Positions 1-13,571 of a DNA stretch of 64,000 nt are shown in pieces. Both the position numbers and the translations under genes were made by a program. Within the stretch, counting starts at the first letter, position 1; each line of letters starts with the position of its first letter. Below the pieces are notes generated by a model, which did no database searches, was not told the origin of the DNA, and saw only the letters and a program-made list of their open reading frames with translations. The DNA is from Hydrolagus colliei (Eukaryota), in assembly GCA_035084275.1 (NCBI GenBank), contig CM068750.1, positions 4,526,001-4,590,000 on the forward strand, in the 5' to 3' direction.

Positions 1-796
1 GTGTGGGTGTGCGAATGTGTGTGTGTGTGTATGAGGGGGTGGGGGGAGGGGGGGGCAGGGGTTCAAGCAGTGAATGAGAGGGAGAAGATGCATTGTACGT
101 ATCCCTCCCCCCACCCCCCCTTCGCGTCCCCTTAGTTGCCTCTCAATCTGATGTTACATTCTACCTGAACTCACTCACTTTCAGCAGTGTTGTAAGTATA
201 TGAAGCGCTGCCCAGATCCACTGAGAAACATGTGGGTTTTCCCAGTCCCCAGAGAGAGTGAGAGAGCAACTTGTCAGTCATTGAAAGCAATGCCGGCAGC
301 CATTCTCTGACTGCAGGCAGGTTGAGGTTGATGTACCAAAAGGGATTTTACCCAAGGTTACCTTGCGTCTTAGAATCTCATTCCTTCAATGGAATGCAGA
401 ATTTGTAGTTTTATTTAAAAGAGCGTTCCTGAAGACAGCAAAACTTAAAGCCTTGGTTGCACTGGAACTTTCTTACTTGATGTTTGCACAGCTGAACTAT
501 TGACCGTATCATTGAAATGCATTACTAACAGAACAAGTGTTAGGAGGTTTGCCAAGAAACTTTAATTACAGAGCATGTGGAGGACATTCCTTAACTTTAC
601 AACCGGGCAGGTTATTAAAATCAAAAACGGTCAAGGGAGCGTGATTATTGTACAATAATCTCTCTGTCAACCAGCAGTCTGATCAGAGCAGAAACTGCTG
701 CCTCAACAAGTCTCCCAATCCTGACAAACGCACAATAAGTTTCTGATTCCTAGTTCTGGGGTGTATAATCCCTAATACTGGGGTGCCTAATCAGAC

Positions 797-905
797 ACCA
801 AATATACAGTCAATTCACTTTACAGTATATTTCTGCGATGAGCTTTGAGATGTTTTAACTGTCTGATAAAGCGCTGTATCAAATGCGAGGATTATTAGTA
901 TTATG
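797..905 (+). mobile_element. SINE 3' fragment
   Basis: AAATATACAGTCAATTCACTTTACAGTA...ATCAAATGCGAGGATTATT. Confidence 0.85.
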
Positions 906-1589
906 ATCTCATTGACTCTGATTGCGGACTTTCCCTGTCTCTCTCTCGCTCTGATTCCGGGACACACAATCTCTCTCTCTCTTTGTCTCTGAATCCAAAT
1001 CCCTGAGTCAGGAAGCTCCTCTGTGATTCAGCACTTTAAAAGAGGAAACACTGCGATTCCAGCAAGGCTGTTATTATATCCATATGCAGAAATCTTTGAG
1101 TGGGTTTAGTATTCTTGTTAAATTTAACCCAACTTCAGAAAGTAAATTTAGATATTAATTTGATCTTAACACACAGAACCTTTCTCTATGATTTAGCCAG
1201 CAGCGCTCATTGCACTACTTATAATTTCCATGCACTTACTGAGAGTAATTTCAAAAGCCCCAAATTAGAGTGCTCTGGTATGATGACATGTAATGTTTCC
1301 TCATCCCCAAAACTGGCCTAGTAAAAAGGCAGTTAAATGCTCACAACTACAGTACAGTTACCAGTACTGAATGGCTGATTGCAGTCATTTAGAAACAACG
1401 TCTTGTCATTTAGTAACAATTTCTTGTATGCGTCAGTGAAATGATTAGAATTAATGAAGCGCTGGGAATGAGTTATCCGGTACATTTAGCTGCGGGTTAA
1501 GAGTTTGAAACTGGTCACAAATATAATTCTGGAGTGGTGGCTTGTTGCAGTTTATGGCTGACATTTGTATTTACACCCCTTAGCTTTTG

Positions 1590-1603
1590 GTAACTATAGT
1601 AAC
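1590..1603. promoter_or_regulatory. RFX X-box-like site in intron 1
   Basis: GTAACTATAGTAAC fits GTNRCYATRGYAAC. Confidence 0.4.
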
Positions 1604-2176
1604 CCCAGCTGTAGCCAAGACTGATGAAATCTTGGGGGAGAAAGAACTTAACAACTTATTTGGAAACGAGCGGTGCCTCAATCCTGTGAGTCTAAGCCCA
1701 AGACCCTCCCTTTGGCTCCAGCGCCTTTTGATCTCTGGCCCGTTGTTAAGTATTGTTTGCGAGAATATCGCTCAGTATTGATCTCAGTGTACTAAATTCC
1801 TCTTTGTTGCTACCACAGCCCAGAGCAAAGCCATTGGCAAATTATGCTGCAATTAGCTGGCAGAGGATATCAGAGCTGGCTCAGATCAAACTGATTCCCA
1901 TGTAGTATGCAGCTGCTGATACATAACTTTTTCCTGAAGTCTAAGCGACCACTTGTGAATCTTTTCTAAGACCCATTTCTTCTCCAATTTCTGGGGTAGG
2001 TCTGGTCTGGGTGGTGGTGGAGCAGGGCAGTGTCCGAAAGGATATGTCTGGTCGAGACCGAGCCTGCAAACAAGCTGCGTGTCTTGTTGTGCTGTTAATA
2101 GTGGGTTGAAACCCTAGTTCAACATGAGCTGCCTTGTCTCACTCACAGCACTGTGTGCATCAGAAAGACGTAGTGC

Positions 2177-2488
2177 AATAAATAATAATAATAATACTTG
2201 CATTTGATATAGCGCTTTTCACATCTTATCGATGTCTCAAAGCGCTTCACAGAATAGACTGTAAAGTGAATTGACTGTATATTTTGTGGATGAAACACAG
2301 CAACCAATTGCGTGCAGCAGTGTTCCACAAACAGTCGTGGACTGAAATGACCAACTTTTATTATTGTAGTTTTTTCATGGATGGATTATTATTAGGTGTG
2401 TAGAGTAAGGAAACTTGCCCAAGGTTTCGCCCTGACAGGTTTCATGCTTGTAAGGCGAGTGCTCTAACCACTGAGCTAGTGGAGCTCC
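2177..2488 (-). mobile_element. tRNA-derived SINE, near full length
   Basis: Minus strand shows GGAGCTCC..TAGCTCAGTGGTTAGAGCAC (A box), the body GAAACCTTGGGCAAGTTTCCTTACTC, the core CTGCTGCACGCAATTGGTTGCTG, and the tail AAGCGCTATATCAAATGCAAG(TAT)n. Confidence 0.92.
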
Positions 2489-5400
2489 ACGATAAGTTGA
2501 AGGGGGGCATTGTTTTGCATGTGACTTCTATCGTGTAAGAGTGGAGCTTTCATTTTGAGTTCGGCACCATGCAATGAGGGCGGCAAGTGTAGGAAAGTAA
2601 CTCGTTATCGAGAGCTCCGAAGTTCAAGTACAGTAAGATTGGATTGTAGAGTATCCTCCCTTCCACTCCTCCCCAGTAATACCCCAACATTAGAAGAGAA
2701 GGCTTTACTAGACCCGACATCCCGTAGCTTTGTAGTGAGACTCACATTATTACCAACCAAAAGAGCAGAACTACATTCCTGTCCATTTAGATTCAAAACA
2801 AAGATTCAGAGGTGATAGGACTGGCTAACCCATTTCACATTCCACTTGGATTTATGGGGGAAGGAAAGAGAACTTGATTATTTTGTTTGTCTAAGCCAGT
2901 ATGTGGCCCAGTCCTTATCCCTTTGGAGACCAGTTTTGTTTTTCAATCTGCAAAATGATAATAAAATAACACAAAGACCCTGTAGCCGAGGGCCACACCC
3001 ACATCAGCAAGAACCTGGCTATGCTAAGAAACGCTTTTACCCATTGACAGTAATGATTGGAGTTCAGACTTTTGTCTGCTCTCTAAATGGAAGACTGCAG
3101 GTGCCTTTTGCCACCACACGCACCATCAATAAGATATTATTCGGGACTTTAAGCACAAAATGTTATTTTCTCCAGAATCCATGTAAATTGAATAAGGCAG
3201 AGCCTCTGTTTATTGTTATTGCTATTAATAGACTGTTGGGATTCTGTAGGATTCACATTTATTATTTACTTTGTTATGTGAGTACTCCTAGGCCAGCGAG
3301 TGAGCTGCTGATGTTAACATCCCTGAAAGAGTTACACTGACAACTCACAGGGAATGAAAGTGCACTGTTACACAAGAGACCCAACATGGGGCAGGATAAA
3401 TTCCCACATTATATTGACAAGTGACAGAATGATACATAATACTATAATGAAAACATTAAATAACCTTGTTGTGATCTAAACAGTATGCAGTCAGTGAACT
3501 GTGTGATCCATCACTGAAAGACAACTCCTTTTGGGTCCCATCTACTTGATAAGTACATAATTATTCTATGAAACTACTTGCATCAGTGCCACAGGGCACA
3601 AAACCAATAGAAATTCCCTGTTCTTTTAAATAGTTCATAGATTACATTGACATTTTCACTATGCAAAGTGTAAAATAATGCATTCCAACTGGCTAACTAA
3701 CACTGGGCAAGACAAGTCGTCAAATTATATTGGCTACGTAAACGACCTTTTGAATTTTAGGGAATCATGTAGAATTTATTACTTTGACCTCCCCGCTTAC
3801 ACGGGGAATGGGAAAGAAGCATTAACATGATCCGGTTGCAAAATATTCAGAAGCAATTACGAGCAAAATGTTCTAAAGAAAAAACAACCAATCCTCCTCC
3901 TTTTGACCAAGGAAAGCATCACTAACATTCGTAATCACCATTTTCACTTTACAGCGAAATCCACAGTTGTGTAATCCTGATTCCAAAAAAAATCCCATTA
4001 ACATTGTGATTTTTTTCAATTCATTATCAAATTCTAATTACATTTTTTGTAAAAAAAATAAAATAATAATCCTTGCGTTTGATATGGCGCTTTTCACGTC
4101 TTCTAGATGTCTCACTGGGTACAAACCAAAAAGGACTTCCTGGCACTGCTCTTTATAACAAAATATAATTGTAAACTGTGAGAATGCTTTCTGTTATACC
4201 CTGTTCACATCATGAAATGTGTTGGGATGCCCCCTGATGTGAAAGGCCTGTACAATTGTAAATGGTCATTTACAATTTTAGTAAATTGTAATTGTGCCAT
4301 TTGGTGACACAGGACTCCAACTAAAAAAATTAAAATTGAAGGTCAAAATATGCCGTGTTGCTATTTAAAACAAGAAGGGAGTATCTACTAGTAGCCTGAC
4401 CAAAAACAACAACAACTTGCATTTATATAGCACCCTTCACGCTTGGTAGCATCCTGGAGTGCTTAACAATTCTTAAAAGTGAAATGAACCATTCATTAAA
4501 TAGTGGTTTGGGGGCTTTGCAGCTGGGTTGGCTGCTGGATTCACCTAAAAGTTCGGTCACTATGCTCCACCGAAACTTGGTGAAGCGTTTTGAGAGGTTT
4601 GAGTTTATAGGCACTGCAGCAATTTGTTTTATAATCATTGCTTCTTTGAATTTGTTAGCAAATTCTAATTAAATTTTTTGTAATTGGGGGGTAAAGATCT
4701 GTAACAAGAGAAGAGCAGAACAAGGTTAACCGAGATCACTGGAGAGTTTGCCTGTAAGTGACTCTTAGATAGATAGACAAGTGATGTTTTCAAGACCGCT
4801 ATGAGGTTGTTATTTGACTCTGACCCAGCCTTCCTCCATAAGCCTTGCATCCCAGAGGGTTACTGGGGGACAAAGGGAATCCAGACTGGGTGTGGAGATT
4901 AAAAAGTGGGGGGAGGGTTCCGGAACCACAATAGACCATTTCTTTGAACCTTTTGAAGCGGTCGGTGATTTATTAAAAGTATCTCAGGGCTGTAACATGA
5001 TATAAAAAGGGACTGAAACAGAGATGTTCAGGTAGGCTTCAAATACAATGGTGTGTGTGGGGGTTAAACAAAAGATGTAATGCACAATATTGGCACAGAG
5101 CAAATAACAATGAGCATTCAAATCCACAAACTGAGAAAGTAAGGTATAATGTGCCTCGCTAGTTACTGATCACCAACTGTCGAGAAACACTCTGCATTTC
5201 AAGGGCCTGGCTATATCCATTGTACACTGTCTGAGTATAAGACTGATAGTGTTACATTTTCTCTCTGCCCTGGTGTAACAGTATGGTGTATAAAATAATG
5301 AAAACAAAGTTTATTAAAATGGTCAAACTATGATGTGTAATCAGATCAATCGATTATTTCTTATGATATGCTTCAATTTGCATGTTGCATAATTACAAAA

Positions 5401-5910
5401 TCATGTTATGACCTGCATAATAGAAGAATTCACTATTACAAAGGACATACAGTATAGTTCACTCTTGTCTTAGGTTACAGTAAACTTGCAATAATAATTA
5501 TATTTTGTAAAGCGCTTCATTTTTAACGTGAAAAGCATAATATTTTATTATAGTAAGTATTATATATACTACTGGACTCTACAATTTTTCTGGGATACGA
5601 TCATGGGTTCTGCAAATATGAAATCATCTATGTATAGATATCTGTTTTGGCAACAATAAATAATTTTAGGTGATAGGTCACATTTTTCACTAGGTCAGCA
5701 ATGAGGGTTTATCTGAATCTTGCAAAAATAGCTATTTTTCAATGTTGGACGTTAAGACCTAGATCGGACCATTTCAGATCATACCCAATAGTAATCTGGC
5801 ATTACTTTTGTCAGACACATCATTGGAATGTTTTTCTAGACATCAGTTTCCTGATACTTTGTCCTTTATATGCAAATTATTATTATAAATATTCAAAACT
5901 ACACTTACTG

Positions 5911-6135
5911 AACAATAACAAAATTACACTTGTATAGCGCCTTTCACATCAGGAGGACATCCAAAGGTACTGGACAGTCAGTGTTTCAGACCCGTGCAGG
6001 GAAAGGAGGGGATTAGGGGTGATCACTGGGACCATCGAAGAGGAGGGTCTTGAGGCGGGATGTGAAGGAAGCCAGGGAGGGGGCGAGGCAGAGGGATTGC
6101 GGGATGGAGTTACAGAGGTTGGTGCCAGAGTGGCT
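5911..6135 (-). mobile_element. L2 3' end
   Basis: Reverse complement matches the L2 end of ORF2, 3'UTR and tail seen at 23760-24000. Confidence 0.88.
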
Positions 6136-7739
6136 CGTTGGGAGCACTATGTTTACCTTCTAAAACTCAGCATCTATATTTCTGCCTCTTGCCAACCACC
6201 GGACTCAATGTTGGCTAATCTTTGTCCTCATACCAGTTGCATAGCATTGTTACTCCACAAAATATGCCCCCCCCAAAAGTTTTAATGACCCTTGAGAAAG
6301 AATGCAGTATTTTAGATTATCTATCAGACTTGCACTCAGGACAGCAAACGAATAGATGTGAAAGATGAAATGTCCTCTCTCCCCAGTTGTTTACAACACA
6401 GAGTCCTGGATCCAAGGACAGAACTACAGCCCATCCACATCTGCTGAGAGCTACTCACAGAAATAATTTCAGACAGCCAGCGGGTTCAGTGACCTGCAAA
6501 TGACCCTGTCATATTCACTGCTTAGGATAACCTCTTTTCGACCCTGTGAAGGTCACCTTTGGTTGCCCTCAGTTGTACGTAATTGTAATGGAAGCTTCCA
6601 GTTAACACACTGGTTAGGGCAAAATCCAGAATACTGCCCTTTCGGAGAGACTTTAACAGCAGCCGAGAATCTTGGTGGAGGTTTACATCCTCGTGGGAAA
6701 TAGAGACTAGGGAATGGCCAGAACAGCTGTATCCTGAAATGGAAGTGATAGGGTGATGGATGTGGTGCAACAACTAGTCTCCTGACTTTGCCAAACAAAA
6801 AATGTTGCCAAACTTTGCCCGACTCGGGTACAAAATCCCAGAAAACAGAAATCAAAGATTAAACAGCTCAAGGAATTCACTCCACCCACTCACTAATTCT
6901 GCTTTAAGATGAAACATCCCCAATCCCACTGCACCACAACCAACAAATGGTCAGAATCAATGTGTCTCTGTTACCAGAGCCCTGCAGGGTACCTGTCAAC
7001 ATGATAATCCCAAGATGCCGTGCCTTTCCAAAGGTATTTGCAAGTATCAGACACCCACATCAGGCTCTAACCAACCCATCAGTAATTAAACTCTACCATG
7101 ACCCAGTCGCACAATTTCTTCTGTCTCAGCGGATCTCACGTTCTTTAATTCAGGCAATTTGATAATGATTCACAAATGCAAACCTGTATCCAGGGTTCAC
7201 ACATTCAATACTGTGCTACCTGTGTGATCAGAATCCTGACTTATTCTGCCATGACTTATTCAGTTCTCATAACCTGCAGGCACCAAATTAGATCTTTAGA
7301 GATTCTGAAGCCAAGCAAACGTGCTGCACGACTAAATAAACCTTGCATATCAGCACTGGATGGCCAGGGAATACAAGAAAGGTTTGTTTGAAGAATGCCC
7401 TTCTTCTGAGCTCATTATTTTAAAATACCATTTCTACCTTCTGCCCATGCCAGCATCCATCCCTTCTTAAATGACTCCTGTGTCCTGACCTTCCCATTAG
7501 CCCTGATAACCCTCTCCAGGTGTTCATTAACTGCTATGCAAATATTTCCTGGTGCCAGTCTTAAACTTGCCATTCACATCCCTGAACTTGTACTCTCTTG
7601 TCTTACGCTTCATAAAAATCTCAGACACACAGATGACAGTAGTTACAATGAACCTCTGCAAAACTGTATGCCTTGTCCATTATTACTAAGGCCACTGACA
7701 CTGAATAGCACATTCACGCCTTATTATATCCAAATGATG

Positions 7740-8000
7740 ATGCCAACACTCAGCTTGCCAGACACTTCAGCTCTTAGGCAGCAAACTCTCCAGAACTCCG
7801 CAGCCTGCGTCATCTCCCACACACACGCCAGCCTCACTTAATTCAAGGTATTTCTCAAAACGTGTCCCATCAACCTAGCTTTCGGTCATCATTATCCTCC
7901 ACAACTCCCCTCAGCTCCCACCGGTAGCCAGATTTGCAAAGCACTCTGCGACGTCCCTCTGACTCGAAAGGCGCTGTATAAGTGTAAATTGTATTTTATT
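7740..8000 (+). mobile_element. Old, deleted L2 fragment
   Basis: QTLQNSAACVI (L2 LQNSAAR-like motif) and the tail GAAAGGCGCTGTATAAGTGTAA. Confidence 0.7.
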
Positions 8001-9204
8001 TCCAAGTACTGTTCCAGGAATTATTTCTTTATCACATTCAGTATTTTTAGCCTTTCAAGGATGAAGAGGTCTATCTCACCCAATGCTCAAACGTCATCCA
8101 TTAACCAATCAATACCAGACCGCGCAAGACCAGATACTCGGACACTGCCGGATTACGCAAAACAAATCAAAGATTCCATTTTAGTTTCTCCAGAAATCAG
8201 ACATGTAACTTTGAGGGCACCGAAATAAATAAGATTTCTCAATAAAGTATAAGCACAGAACAAAATTTTCCCAGCGTCAGCAAACAGCAAGTGTTAGATC
8301 CAGCATGGCAGAGTGTTGACATGATGAGAATGCACTAATTATTATTTTAACTTGCTAATTGATGACATGTATGGAGTCCTGGCACGTTGAGTCTGGGACC
8401 TCTCTTGCCTGTGCGAGAAGACTGTTCTGTTGCTTTTTCAGATGGTGTAAAACAAGAGCTGCTGCACATCACTGCTGTTTGGAACAAGTCAGGGCCAGAG
8501 TGCTAACAGCAGCTCGCTCCAATTCCCCTGTAATACATGTTCACCACAGGGCTCTGCACCATGTGAAGAGTGCTATACAAAATGCAAGTTGTTGAAGTTG
8601 TTGCTATTGTTGTAGACCTCTCGGATGATCCATGTGGGAGTTGTGCTGTAAGTAGCAAGTTACCGTCCACTAACGGAAACTGAGTCAGTCCGCTGGCTTT
8701 ACACTGAAGCTGACGGGTGTTCGAGGTACAGCAAGATCAATGGCCGAGGGCCTGCTCGACCTGTGACGTGGGCTGACAGAAACGGGCCACCAAAGCGTCC
8801 GTGGTCGACGTGCAAGAAATATAATTTGAAGCTCAGTTTGCAGACTGTTTGTTCCACGTGGATTATCAGATGCAGTTAAACCTCACACTGAGAAAAGACA
8901 ACGTAGACTATGTGTGTATGTGTGCGTATGTGTATGTGTGTGTTGTGTATTCCAGCAATTAAAAAAAATGACAGACCAGAATAACACTGTCAGCACTTTG
9001 GGTGTGTGTGCCAGTCAGCTGTGAGACATACACAGGCTGTAGTGTCTCAGTTTGCTGTGGTTACATCTTCACAACTGGAATGCAATCACGCTTCCTTCTA
9101 TTTAGCACACTGGCTCAGCAGGCTCTTCAGGCTCACATGTAGATGGTGTAATGAACCTTGGCATCAGATACAACTGACCTAATGCAAACTTGCTCAAACT
9201 ACAG

Positions 9205-9730
9205 TAATAATAATAATACTTGCATTTGATATAGCGCTTTTCACGTCTTCTAGACATCTTGAAGTGCTTCACAGAATATATTGTAAAGTGAATTGACTGT
9301 ATATTCTTGTGAGCGAAACATTTTTACTTTTATATATGTTATATATACTTTCATTTACATAGCGCCCCTCACACAAGGTAGTGTCCCACAGCGCTTGACA
9401 GTGGCGAAGCATGACGTCGAGACTGCTGGAGGTGACCAGGCTGGAGGGTGGGGGGGGGGGCGGGGGGCGGGGAACTAGACAACACAAGATCGCAGGGGTC
9501 AGAGCTTCACCTGGGAAGGTTTAATAAGGGAGATAGGTAATAATAATAATAATCCTTGCATTTGATAAAGAGCTTTTCACGTTTTCTAGACGTCTCAAAG
9601 CGCTTCACAGAATATACTGCAAAGTGAATTGACTGTATATTTGTGGGCGAAATGCGGCAGCCAATTGCGCACAGCGATGTCCCCACAAACAGTCGTGGAT
9701 TGACATGACCAATTCCATCATTGTTTTTTC
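9205..9730 (-). mobile_element. Cluster: SINE 3' fragment (9205-9322), L2-type tail (about 9345-9410), SINE 3' half (9538-9730)
   Basis: Family tail and body motifs on the minus strand. Confidence 0.85.
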
Positions 9731-9879
9731 TCACAGCACAAGATCTATTTGTCTGTTATGTTTTGGGGGTTGTACACCAACTGTGTTGTGTCGTTGCCTG
9801 CATTCTTTCAAATAAAAACACCCCAAACATTCTGACCTAAAAGTCAAGACATTTGTTTCCACCAGTACCGCACGGCAAC

Positions 9880-11200
9880 ACTCACAGTGGAAACGCCATC
9901 TAGATTCCCGGCATTTCCCATCCACTTTCTGTTCGGACGTGGGATCGTTAGAAACTCGGGAGCGGGAGGGACGGGATTCCTAATGGACTCAAACAGTGAC
10001 GTGGGGAATTGCTTTCTTCATCATCTCTGCTACGTCGGCACTTGTTATATAATAAGTGAGAATCCCCACGTTTACTCCCACTCCCACTCCACCCACTCCC
10101 AGATCGGTGTCGGGAGTTAAAATTCCCTGCCACTGATCATATGATACTTCATGTGGCTTGAGACAAAAAAAAAGACATAGCACAACAAATGAAAAGAGAA
10201 CACTTTCCCTGTTGCTAAAGGCTGGGCCTTGACTGCCAATCAGCCTACAGACAAACCACACAACTGGAGTACAGAGGGACTCATTTCAAAATGAATCTCA
10301 TGTTATCATTCACTTGATTTCCTGCCACTTATGCTGCCGTGCTCTGTATCTTTATCCAGCGTTTGATGCCAATGATTATCTCGAGCCGTGGCTTGCTTAC
10401 GCATGCATGGGGGTCCGCTGCGTTCTGAAGCACGTCAAATAATTAACCGGCCCAAATCCGGACCGCAGCCCTCTCTCTCCCTCTCACTGAACCGCAGCCC
10501 CTGTCTGACTGACACTGTCCACATTGTGAGCGCCAGGCCGGGGAGTCCATTCTCTCTCTGCTGCCCTTTCTTCATTTCCCACAGGCCCTCCCTCTACAGA
10601 TAGCACAGTGGCAGCAGTCTGTGCGTGGGCGTGTGTGTATGTGTGTGTGTTTGCAAAGATCAAGTCAGGCCCCATTTTAACATGCCCACATCTAAGTACA
10701 GTACTGTACACAGATGTTCTTTCTGCTCAATAACGAATTCGAAAATCAGTGCACCACCTCCTCCCTCCCTCCCTCCCTCCCTTCCACACCATGATTTTCA
10801 GTTTCAGATTCGGGAGTTGTCGAGGTGCTGGCATCTATTTCTGTTTCCGCCTCGGATCCGGACCTCTGTTACCCTGACACTGAGCCATGCTAAGTACACG
10901 CCACACAATCAAACGGTGGATTAATCGCGACGGGGGTGATGTCATTTAATTCACTTAACTACTCCGGCCGCGGTCCTCCCGACTACGCTCCCAGGAAATC
11001 ACCAGATGGTGCCTTGCATTAAAGTTCTGATAGACACCGTAACAACAAACAGCGCATTAGTACTGAATCATCATCAGCAACCCTCCACCTCCGCGAGCTT
11101 CTGCTAAACATTTGTCTCCGGGGGACATCGGGAATCGGCAAAAAAAAAAGTGCAGCAAAGCTCTTTGAGACACCCTCCCAACCTGAAAGCCGGTATAATA

Positions 11201-11235
<35 letters not shown>

Positions 11236-11760
11236 ACATAATAATCCTTGCATTTGATATAGCGCTTTTTACATCTTATCGACGTCTCAAAGCGCTTCAC
11301 AGAATGTCCCGTAAAGTGAATTGACTGTGTATTTGTGGGCGAATATATTCAAACGCCAACAACTATTGTTGCTGAATAAACATGGAATCCCGCAGGTTAC
11401 TGCTCGCACGCAACAGTCACGTCGGAGTGGAGTTCCTGGGAGAGGGACTGGCGCGCGCCCAGTCACCGGGCAGGATTCAACACGAGCGAGGCCTTCCGCG
11501 GGTAACGGTCCCATTTACAACAGCAACTTGCATTTAGATAGCGCCCTTCGCGCCGGGGTTAGCTTCAATGGGAAGAGAGGGTGAAATAAAAGACCTTTCA
11601 GGGACTGAAGGCACGTCACACCCAGCTCCCAACTGCACGGTTTCATTCATTGATGGCGCTCTGCAGGCAGAGCCAGGGAAAGTTTCATCCCAAGAGAATA
11701 AATACTCCTGGAACCAAACAAATACTACAAAACAGGGAGGGAAGCATGCGGAGCGGGGCA
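9880..11760. promoter_or_regulatory. CpG-enriched region in proximal intron 1 (CpG island/shore)
   Basis: Visibly higher CpG density than the flanks (e.g. 10380-10545, 10840-10990, 11390-11560). Not computed. Confidence 0.45.
11239..11345 (-). mobile_element. SINE 3' fragment adjacent to (TA)n
   Basis: ATAATCCTTGCATTTGATATAGCGCTTTT...GTGAATTGACTGTG. Confidence 0.88.
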
Positions 11761-12537
11761 GAATTACACTTCCAGCAGTGATCATAGGCACGAGATTTAG
11801 AGAAGTGCAAAAAGAGCTGCTCCCATTTAACATTGATGAATGAATAGGATGTATAGTGTGTAATGTGAGCATATATATAGCTGATGTGATTTACAGTGAA
11901 GTGCCCTGTGTGACTACCCAGATCTCTCATTTCATTAGATCTTCTCTTAACCAGCATCAGCCCATCCACAGTTGTGTGTGGAAAAACAAACACAGTCTTT
12001 TACACATGTCACAGTGTCACAAATGTCAGCAACACAGTGTTAGAAGCTTCAATCCTTCCCTAAAATAGAGATGGCTTTGCAATCATCCTCTGTATTACCG
12101 CAAAGTGAAACACATCCATCCATTCATTCATTCACTCACATATCTATCACGGCCTATCAGTATACACAGCAGTAATATGTTCTAAAGCCATTCATTATCC
12201 AAAGAAAGATAATGGATAGGATGAATTTTGTTTAAATGAACCTTCAAGTTCTAGCAGAGCTCCAGAACTTGTGATAATTTTTTCCCCACCCTCAAATATA
12301 TATATGTATATGTATATATATATATGTATGGATAGATAAATATATATTTCAAAGGCAAAAAGCGGCCTAGCTAAACACAGGGCAGAATTCCCAAAATATC
12401 CCACGGCTTCCTCATGTGTGGGTTTGTGAAAAATATAAAACTAAATTGAAAAAAATGTAAAATGTAAAATGTAAATAAATGACAATTTCCCCCAGACTTT
12501 TGTTTGATAGCAACACAGGCTCCCAAATATGCTATAT

Positions 12538-12571
<34 letters not shown>

Positions 12572-12797
12572 CAGATCTAAATAAATCAATTTAATACAGA
12601 AACAACGCCCCCCCCCCCCCCCCCCCCCCACCAAAAAAAATTCTCTCTTTAAACGACCCATTGAGGGAGAGAGAGGGGATATGGGGTGGGGGGAGAGGGG
12701 AGGGAGGGATGGAGGGGAGAGAATTACAATATAGCAGCCACAGCAGCAAAGGGAGAAGAAAAAGAAGACTTTGAAGCAGCAAAAAAAAATTCTTTAC

Positions 12798-12864
12798 CGT
12801 TGCAGAACTGTAGCAGTGACGAGGTGTCGTAGAGGCTGCTGTAGCCTGGGAACCCGTCCTCCAT
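12798..12864 (-). CDS. EML1: First coding exon of echinoderm microtubule-associated protein-like 1 (EML1); downstream exons lie left of the window
   Basis: Translates to MEDGFPGYSSLYDTSSLLQFCN plus 1 nt, nearly identical to the mammalian EML1 N-terminus MEDGFSSYSSLYDTSSLLQFCN(D). It ends at the donor AACG|GTAAAG (GT at 12797-12796), 67 nt, phase 1. Two extra in-frame ATGs lie at 12867 and 12870. Confidence 0.93.
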
Positions 12865-12870
12865 CATCAT

Positions 12871-13100
12871 GGGAGACCTTCCCTTCCCTCCCCTCCACAG
12901 TCTCCCTCTCTCTCTCTCCCTGTGTGTGTGTGTGTCTCTCTCTGTCTCTCCCTGTGTGTGTGTGTCTCTCTCCCTCTCTCTCTGTGACTCCTGTTTGCCT
13001 GTCACACCAGCTGCTGGTTCCCATTCACCATCATCCACTTTGCTGGGGTCTTCCCTGCCACTGTGTCAGTCAGTCACCATAGCAACACCTTCACTTATGA
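12871..13100 (-). promoter_or_regulatory. EML1 5'UTR/proximal promoter with GA/CA microsatellites and an RFX X-box
   Basis: Immediately upstream of the ATG. GTCACCATAGCAAC at 13073-13086 matches the RFX consensus GTNRCCATRGYAAC. The TSS cannot be placed from sequence. Confidence 0.6.
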
Positions 13101-13307
13101 TCCCTCTCCCCCACTCCTCCTCCTCCCTCTCTTTTTTCTTAGTGTCTATATATAGTCTTCCTTCTTTTTTTGCCCCCCCCCCCCCCTCTCTCTCCCCCCC
13201 TCTGTATCTCTCCTTGTTGTAATAATCCCCACCCCCTCTCTCCCCCTCTCAGTGTCCTCTCCCCCTCTCTCCCCGTCTCTCTCTGTCCCTGTGTCCCTGT
13301 CCCTCTC

Positions 13308-13571
13308 NNNNNNNNNNNNNNNNNNNNNNNNNNNNNNNNNNNNNNNNNNNNNNNNNNNNNNNNNNNNNNNNNNNNNNNNNNNNNNNNNNNNNNNNNNNNN
13401 NNNNNNNNNNNNNNNNNNNNNNNNNNNNNNNNNNNNNNNNNNNNNNNNNNNNNNNNNNNNNNNNNNNNNNNNNNNNNNNNNNNNNNNNNNNNNNNNNNNN
13501 NNNNNNNNNNNNNNNNNNNNNNNNNNNNNNNNNNNNNNNNNNNNNNNNNNNNNNNNNNNNNNNNNNNNNNN
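13308..13571. other. Assembly gap
   Basis: Run of N. Confidence 1.

Larger units (their letters stand above)
1..12797 (-). other. EML1: EML1 intron 1 (continues beyond the left edge of the window)
   Basis: Lies downstream of the GT donor. No exon-2 peptide (DSASAASSMEV..RIASLEQR-like) is visible in the ORF track for 1-12797. Confidence 0.8.

Noticed and set aside
2738-2790. Minus-strand ATG...AT|GTGAGT candidate exon in intron 1
   Set aside because: Phase 2, incompatible with exon 2, and no other support.
2846-3340. 164-aa ORF
   Set aside because: TTG start, no recognisable homology and no supporting exon structure; intronic and antisense.
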